A model generated the notes under the pieces. The model was given only the letters and a program-made list of their open reading frames with translations. It ran no database searches and was not told the origin of the DNA. This document shows positions 59,202 through 64,000 of a stretch of DNA of 64,000 nt, in pieces (positions within the stretch are counted from its first letter, which is position 1; every line of letters starts with the position of its first letter). The position numbers and the translations under genes are program-made. The stretch is from an uncultured delta proteobacterium (GTDB lineage Bacteria > Desulfobacterota > Binatia > UBA9968): NCBI GenBank assembly GCA_963816145.1, contig CAWFJP010000012.1, forward strand, positions 1 through 64,000. Direction: 5' to 3'.

Positions 59202-60470
59202 GTGGAAAAGGTTTTACTCCGCAATATCGGTATTCCGGATTCGCATACGCTGGCGACCTACAAGTCGCGCGGCGGTTACGATTCCTGGCGAAAAGTTGTC
59301 CAGAGCATGAAGCCGGAGCAGCTGATCGAAGAAGTCAAGGCTTCAGGCCTGCGCGGCCGCGGCGGCGCAGGCTTCCCGACTGGGATGAAGTGGAGCTTTG
59401 TGCCCAAGGACAATCCCAAGCCTAAATATGTGGTCTGCAATGCTGATGAGAGCGAGCCGGGAACCTTTAAAGACCGTTTGCTGATCGAGCAGGACCCGCA
59501 CGCAGTCGTCGAAGGATCTCTAATCTCGGCCTTCGCGATCGGGTCGCACATGGCGTTTATTTACATTCGCGGTGAGATGGTATTTGGCGCCAAGCGCTTG
59601 GAACAGGCGGTTACCGAAGTATACCAAGCCGGCTTAATCGGCAAGAATATTTTCGGCTCGGGCTATAATCTCGATTTGATCGTCCATCGTGGCGCCGGAG
59701 CGTATATTTGCGGCGAGGAGACCGGCTTGCTGTCGTCCCTCGAAGGCGGCCGTGGATGGCCCAAGGTCAAGCCGCCGTTTCCGGCCACCCACGGGCTATT
59801 CGGTTGTCCGACAGTGGTAAACAATGTAGAGACGCTGGCGACGCTGCCGTGGATCATCGAACGGGGCGCAGCGGCCTACGCGGCGATGGGCACCGAAAAA
59901 AGCAAAGGGACCAAGCTCTTCAGCGTCAGCGGCCACATTAGCCGGCCCGGCGTGTACGAACTCGAAATGGGTTATCCCCTCAAAAAATTTCTCGAGGAAG
60001 ATTGCGGCGGCGTGCCTAACGGGAAAAAACTCAAAGGAGTCATTCCCGGCGGCGGTTCGATGCCCGTGCTGCTTCCCGACGAAATTGACAAAGTGAACCT
60101 CGACTACGAATCCGTCCAGGCGGCGGGCAGCCTGCTCGGTTCGGGGGGCGTCATCGTCATGGACGAAACGACCTGCATGGTGAGGGCCGCGTTGAACCTT
60201 TCGCGATTTTTCGCGCACGAGTCCTGCGGCCAATGCAGCCCATGCCGCGAAGGCTGCCACTGGATGGAGAAGCTTCTGCACCGGATCGAATACGGCCAGG
60301 GCGAACCAGGTGACTTAGACTTGATTCTCAACGTCGCCGGAAACATTGCGGGCAACACGATCTGCCCCTTTGGTGATGCCGCCGCCTGGCCGCCGGGCGC
60401 ATTCATCCGCAAGTTTCGCGGCGAATTCGAAGCGCATATCGCGGCGGGGAAATGCACGGTGCGAAATTAG
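59202..60470 (+). CDS. nuoF: NADH-quinone oxidoreductase subunit F
   Basis: SGLRGRGGAGFPTG.KW, NADESEPGTFKDR, GAYICGEETG, ESCGQCSPCREG. Confidence 0.97.
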   Translation: MEKVLLRNIGIPDSHTLATYKSRGGYDSWRKVVQSMKPEQLIEEVKASGLRGRGGAGFPTGMKWSFVPKDNPKPKYVVCNADESEPGTFKDRLLIEQDPHAVVEGSLISAFAIGSHMAFIYIRGEMVFGAKRLEQAVTEVYQAGLIGKNIFGSGYNLDLIVHRGAGAYICGEETGLLSSLEGGRGWPKVKPPFPATHGLFGCPTVVNNVETLATLPWIIERGAAAYAAMGTEKSKGTKLFSVSGHISRPGVYELEMGYPLKKFLEEDCGGVPNGKKLKGVIPGGGSMPVLLPDEIDKVNLDYESVQAAGSLLGSGGVIVMDETTCMVRAALNLSRFFAHESCGQCSPCREGCHWMEKLLHRIEYGQGEPGDLDLILNVAGNIAGNTICPFGDAAAWPPGAFIRKFRGEFEAHIAAGKCTVRN

Positions 60471-60550
60471 TTTACAGCGGTCAGTTATCAGGTCGCAATC
60501 CGGACATTGACCTGATAGCTGATCACTGATGGCTCGCACAAATTAAAATT

Positions 60551-62140
60551 ATGGACCCAGTAAAGATCGTCATCAACGGTCAGGAAGTCGTCACCTCCAA
60601 GGGCAAGACCGTGATCCAAGCGGCTGCCGAGGCCGGTGTGGCGATCCCGCACTATTGCTATCATCCGAAGCTGTCGATCGCCGGTAACTGCCGCATGTGC
60701 ATGGTCGAGATCGAAAAGATGCCCAAGCTGCAGATCGCCTGTAACACCCAGGTGGCCGAGGGCATGTCGGTGTTGACCCAGAGTCCCAAAGTTGTCGCGG
60801 TGCGCAAGGCAGTCTTAGAGTTTCTCCTGATCAACCACCCGGTGGATTGCCCAATCTGCGACCAGGCCGGCGAGTGTCAGTTGCAAAACTACTACATGGA
60901 ACATGACAGGGAGGCGAGCCGTCTCGAGGTCGGCAAGATCCACGACCGCAAGAAAACCATCTTCGGTCCTAACGTGGTTTTCGACGGCGAGCGCTGTATC
61001 AAGTGCACCCGCTGCGTGCGTTTTTGCCAGGAGATCACCAAGACCAACGAACTGGCGGTGATCAACCGCGGCGATCACTCGACGATTTCGCTATTCGACG
61101 ACGCCGTGCTCGACAATCCACTATCCGCCAACGTCGTCGACATTTGCCCGGTAGGCGCGCTCACCGACCGGGATTTTCGCTTTAAAGTGCGGGTCTGGTA
61201 TTTAGACAAAACCCCGTCCATCTGTCCCGGCTGCAGCACCGGCTGCAACATCAGCGTCGAAGCGTATCAAAACAAGATCGCGCGCTTCAAACCCCGGCAA
61301 AATGAAGCGGTCAACAGTCACTGGATCTGCGACGAAGGGCGTTACTGTTTTCATGAATTGGCCGGCGGCGAACGGCTGACCACACCGATGATCCGCCAAG
61401 AAGGCGGCCTAGTGCCGGCGACTTGGGAAACGGCATTGCAGGCTGTGGTCAACGGATTACGCGGCGCGCAGCCGCTGGCGGGGATTCTCTCCGGACGTAA
61501 TACCAATGAAGAGGCCTATTTGTTCGCCAAGCTGCTGCGCAAGCTCACCAGTTATTGTTCGATGGAAGTTTTCTATCAGGAACGGCCGCTCACCGATGTG
61601 CAAAAGATTCTAATGAACCCGGACCGTTCGCCGAATTTCCGCGGCGCCCGCGACATGGGGGTAAGCTCCAGCGGCGGCTTCGCGGGATTGCTGCAGGAGT
61701 TAGCCGGTAATCATTTTTCCAGCGCTTTCATTGTCGGCGAGGATTTACTCGGAGCTAACGGCAGCGGCGAGAAGATTCGCAGCGCCTTGCAGAAGCTCAG
61801 TTTCCTGGTCGTGCAAGATACCATGTTGAGCGAGACTGCCAAGTTGGCTCATGTGGTCTTGCCGGCGGCACACTTTGGCGAGAAAGAGGGCACCTACACC
61901 AATCGCCAGGGCCGTGTGCAAAGGCTCAATGCCGCGGTGATCTGTCCCGACGGCGCGCGCCAGGACAGCGAGATTTTCTTGCGCCTGTTAGAAGGCGCGG
62001 GGCAACAGCTCGATTATTCCACGGCTGCCGAGATATTTACCGCGTTGACCAAAGAAGTGATCGCCTATAACGGACTCAATTACGACTCGATCGGCGATCA
62101 AGGATGCGAGTTGGGAAGTGGCGGTGGCGCAGCGTCATGA
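60551..62140 (+). CDS. nuoG: NADH-quinone oxidoreductase subunit G (short form)
   Basis: CYHPKL..AGNCRMC, HPVDCPICDQAGECQLQ, CIKCTRC, CPVGAL, CPGCSTGC (N7-type); 529 aa. Confidence 0.93.
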   Translation: MDPVKIVINGQEVVTSKGKTVIQAAAEAGVAIPHYCYHPKLSIAGNCRMCMVEIEKMPKLQIACNTQVAEGMSVLTQSPKVVAVRKAVLEFLLINHPVDCPICDQAGECQLQNYYMEHDREASRLEVGKIHDRKKTIFGPNVVFDGERCIKCTRCVRFCQEITKTNELAVINRGDHSTISLFDDAVLDNPLSANVVDICPVGALTDRDFRFKVRVWYLDKTPSICPGCSTGCNISVEAYQNKIARFKPRQNEAVNSHWICDEGRYCFHELAGGERLTTPMIRQEGGLVPATWETALQAVVNGLRGAQPLAGILSGRNTNEEAYLFAKLLRKLTSYCSMEVFYQERPLTDVQKILMNPDRSPNFRGARDMGVSSSGGFAGLLQELAGNHFSSAFIVGEDLLGANGSGEKIRSALQKLSFLVVQDTMLSETAKLAHVVLPAAHFGEKEGTYTNRQGRVQRLNAAVICPDGARQDSEIFLRLLEGAGQQLDYSTAAEIFTALTKEVIAYNGLNYDSIGDQGCELGSGGGAAS

Positions 62141-63267
62141 TCGTCGACCTCGCGATTATCACCCTTAAAGCGGTGCTTGTCGTCGCTATGGTGCTCAACC
62201 TCGCCGGCATTCTGGGCTGGGTTGAGCGCAAAGGCAGCGCGCTCATCCAAGACCGCATCGGCGCCAACCGGGCATCGATCTTGGGCTTCGCCGGTCTGGG
62301 TCTGATCAATACTATGATCGCCGATCCGCTCAAGTTTCTGACCAAAGAAGATTTCATTCCGCCCAAGGGCGACCGCTTCCTGCACACCTTGGCCCCTTGC
62401 ATGGCACTGTTTCCGGCGCTGGTGACCTTCGCCGTCATTCCTTTCGGCGATGTGCTTAACCTCGGCGAGCGCTCGATCAATTTACAGGTCGCCAATCTCA
62501 ACATCGGCATCCTCTACGTGTTCGCCATGGGTTCTTTGGGCGTTTACGGCATCGTCATTGGCGCCTGGGCGTCGAACAATAAGTTTTCCATGCTCGGCGG
62601 CGTGCGCGGCTCGGCGCAGATGATCTCCTATGAGGTCGCCATGGGGCTGTCGGTGATCGGCATCTTGATGGTTTATGGCACGTTGGAGCTGCAAGATATC
62701 GCCCGTGGCCAAGCCACCTTGCTGCGCGACCTCATGCCCACGTGGCTCAGTTTTTTGACTCCGCTCATCGGTTGGTTGCCGGCGTGGGGGATTTTTCTCC
62801 AACCGCTGGCGTTCCTATTATTTTTCACCGCCGCGGTGGCGGAGACCAAACGCATACCGTTCGATTTGCCCGAAGGCGAGTCGGAGCTGGTGGCCGGTTA
62901 TCATACCGAATATTCCGGCGGCAAGTTCTTGATGTTCTTTGCCGGTGAGTTTGCCGAGGTCGTCACCGTTGCCGGTTTGGTGACGAGTTTATTTTTTGGC
63001 GGCTGGCAGGTGCCCTATCTTTTGCGTGACGGTTTCCATTTCCCTTGGGGCGGTATCCTGCTGTTGCCGCATGTCTTAATCGTCCTGCTGCAAGTGACGG
63101 CATTCACGGTCAAGGTGGTGTTTTTCTGCTGGCTGCAGATCCTCTTGCGCTGGAGTGTGCCGCGCTTTCGTTACGACCAGGTCATGCGCTTGGGTTGGAA
63201 AATGCTCTTACCGCTGGCGCTGCTAAACGTCGTCGCCACGGCGATTTGGATCGTCGCAGCGCAATAG
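62137..63267 (+). CDS. nuoH: NADH-quinone oxidoreductase subunit H
   Basis: ERK..ALIQDRIG, AQMISYEV, R.PFDLPEGESELVAGYHTEYSG, PRFRYDQ.M.LGWK; ATGA overlap with nuoG. Confidence 0.96.
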   Translation: MIVDLAIITLKAVLVVAMVLNLAGILGWVERKGSALIQDRIGANRASILGFAGLGLINTMIADPLKFLTKEDFIPPKGDRFLHTLAPCMALFPALVTFAVIPFGDVLNLGERSINLQVANLNIGILYVFAMGSLGVYGIVIGAWASNNKFSMLGGVRGSAQMISYEVAMGLSVIGILMVYGTLELQDIARGQATLLRDLMPTWLSFLTPLIGWLPAWGIFLQPLAFLLFFTAAVAETKRIPFDLPEGESELVAGYHTEYSGGKFLMFFAGEFAEVVTVAGLVTSLFFGGWQVPYLLRDGFHFPWGGILLLPHVLIVLLQVTAFTVKVVFFCWLQILLRWSVPRFRYDQVMRLGWKMLLPLALLNVVATAIWIVAAQ

Positions 63268-63278
63268 ACTTTGAGTTT

Positions 63279-63773
63279 ATGGATACCGCGAGTCTACTTT
63301 TTTACCTGCTGGCCACCTTGCTGGTGATCGCGTCGCTGATGGTGGTGTTTCTACGCAACGTCGTGCACTGCGCCATGGCGCTGGTTTCGGCGCTGCTCTT
63401 GATCGCGGTGTTGTTCGTTACCTTGCATGCGCCCATGGTCGGGGTGCTGCAGGTGATGGTCTACGCCGGCGCCATCATGGTTTTGTTTCTTTTCGTCATC
63501 ATGTTGCTCAACCCGGCGGCATTGGAGCAGCAGCCCGGTCTCTGGTGGGGCTTCGGCACGCTCCTGGCCTTGATGCTTGCCGGTGTCTTGGTTCCGTTGG
63601 TGGCGACCAACGATCTTCCCGCCGACCCGGTGGCGGCGACGGAATTATTCGGCAGTCCCGAAATGCTCGCCAAAAGCTTATTTAACGATTACGTGCTGCC
63701 CTTCGAAATCGCATCTGTCTTATTATTGGTTGCGATCATCGGCGCGGTGGTTTTGGCCAAGCGAGAAAATTAA
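63279..63773 (+). CDS. nuoJ: NADH-quinone oxidoreductase subunit J
   Basis: [45 protein letters not shown]; start at ATG 63279. Confidence 0.95.
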   Translation: MDTASLLFYLLATLLVIASLMVVFLRNVVHCAMALVSALLLIAVLFVTLHAPMVGVLQVMVYAGAIMVLFLFVIMLLNPAALEQQPGLWWGFGTLLALMLAGVLVPLVATNDLPADPVAATELFGSPEMLAKSLFNDYVLPFEIASVLLLVAIIGAVVLAKREN

Positions 63774-63778
63774 CTGCC

Positions 63779-64000
63779 ATGATTGGGCTGCACCATTATC
63801 TGATTCTAAGCGCGGTGATCTTCGCCATCGGCGTCATCGGCGTGTTGATCCGGCGCAATCTGATCGTCATCCTCATGTCCATAGAATTGATGCTCAACGC
63901 GGTCAACCTGACTTTTATCGCGTTTTCGCGCTATCTCGGCTCGACCGACGGCCAGGTGGTGGTGTTCTTCGTCATGGCGGTGGCCGCGGCGGAGGCTGTC
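63779..64000 (+). CDS. nuoK: NADH-quinone oxidoreductase subunit K (partial, runs off the window)
   Basis: [38 protein letters not shown]...VAAAEAV. Confidence 0.95.
   Translation, partial: MIGLHHYLILSAVIFAIGVIGVLIRRNLIVILMSIELMLNAVNLTFIAFSRYLGSTDGQVVVFFVMAVAAAEAV

Overview
Chromosomal window from a GC-rich diderm bacterium of the former Deltaproteobacteria. The gene style (orphan NMT1/TctC solute-binding proteins, VOC, cupin, CapA and TcuA paralogues) suggests Candidatus Binatia, but this is inference only. The left part holds an intact IS1634-family element with perfect terminal inverted repeats next to tRNA-Pro(CGG), a housekeeping block (priA-def-fmt-rsmB-rpe), and an HTH-pilMNOPQ-aroCKBQ operon. 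The middle holds a VWA/Ig adhesin-like gene facing an operon of two DxNxDG beta-hairpin-repeat proteins plus a TonB/TolA-ExbB-ExbD motor; an envelope block (ArnT-like, uppP, DedA-like, then adenylation enzyme-carrier protein-MBOAT-LtaS-like); UPF0182; an orphan ABC permease; and a five-gene tailoring-enzyme cluster (B12 radical SAM, SDR, FAD oxidase, heme-oxygenase-like diiron enzyme, O-methyltransferase). The right part holds VOC/M24/DHH genes, a catabolic operon with duplicated VOC and TcuA-like genes, CapA, a solute-binding protein, and a nuo operon lacking nuoB and nuoI. The best candidates for undescribed systems are the repeat-protein/Ton-motor/VWA locus, the Dlt/LTA-like envelope cluster and the B12-rSAM/HDO cluster. 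Also notable are a diverged aroC 5' ghost upstream of aroC, heptamer/octamer and REP-like intergenic palindromes, and three +1 frameshifts within 8 kb that are probably assembly errors. All family calls come from motif recognition, not database searches.
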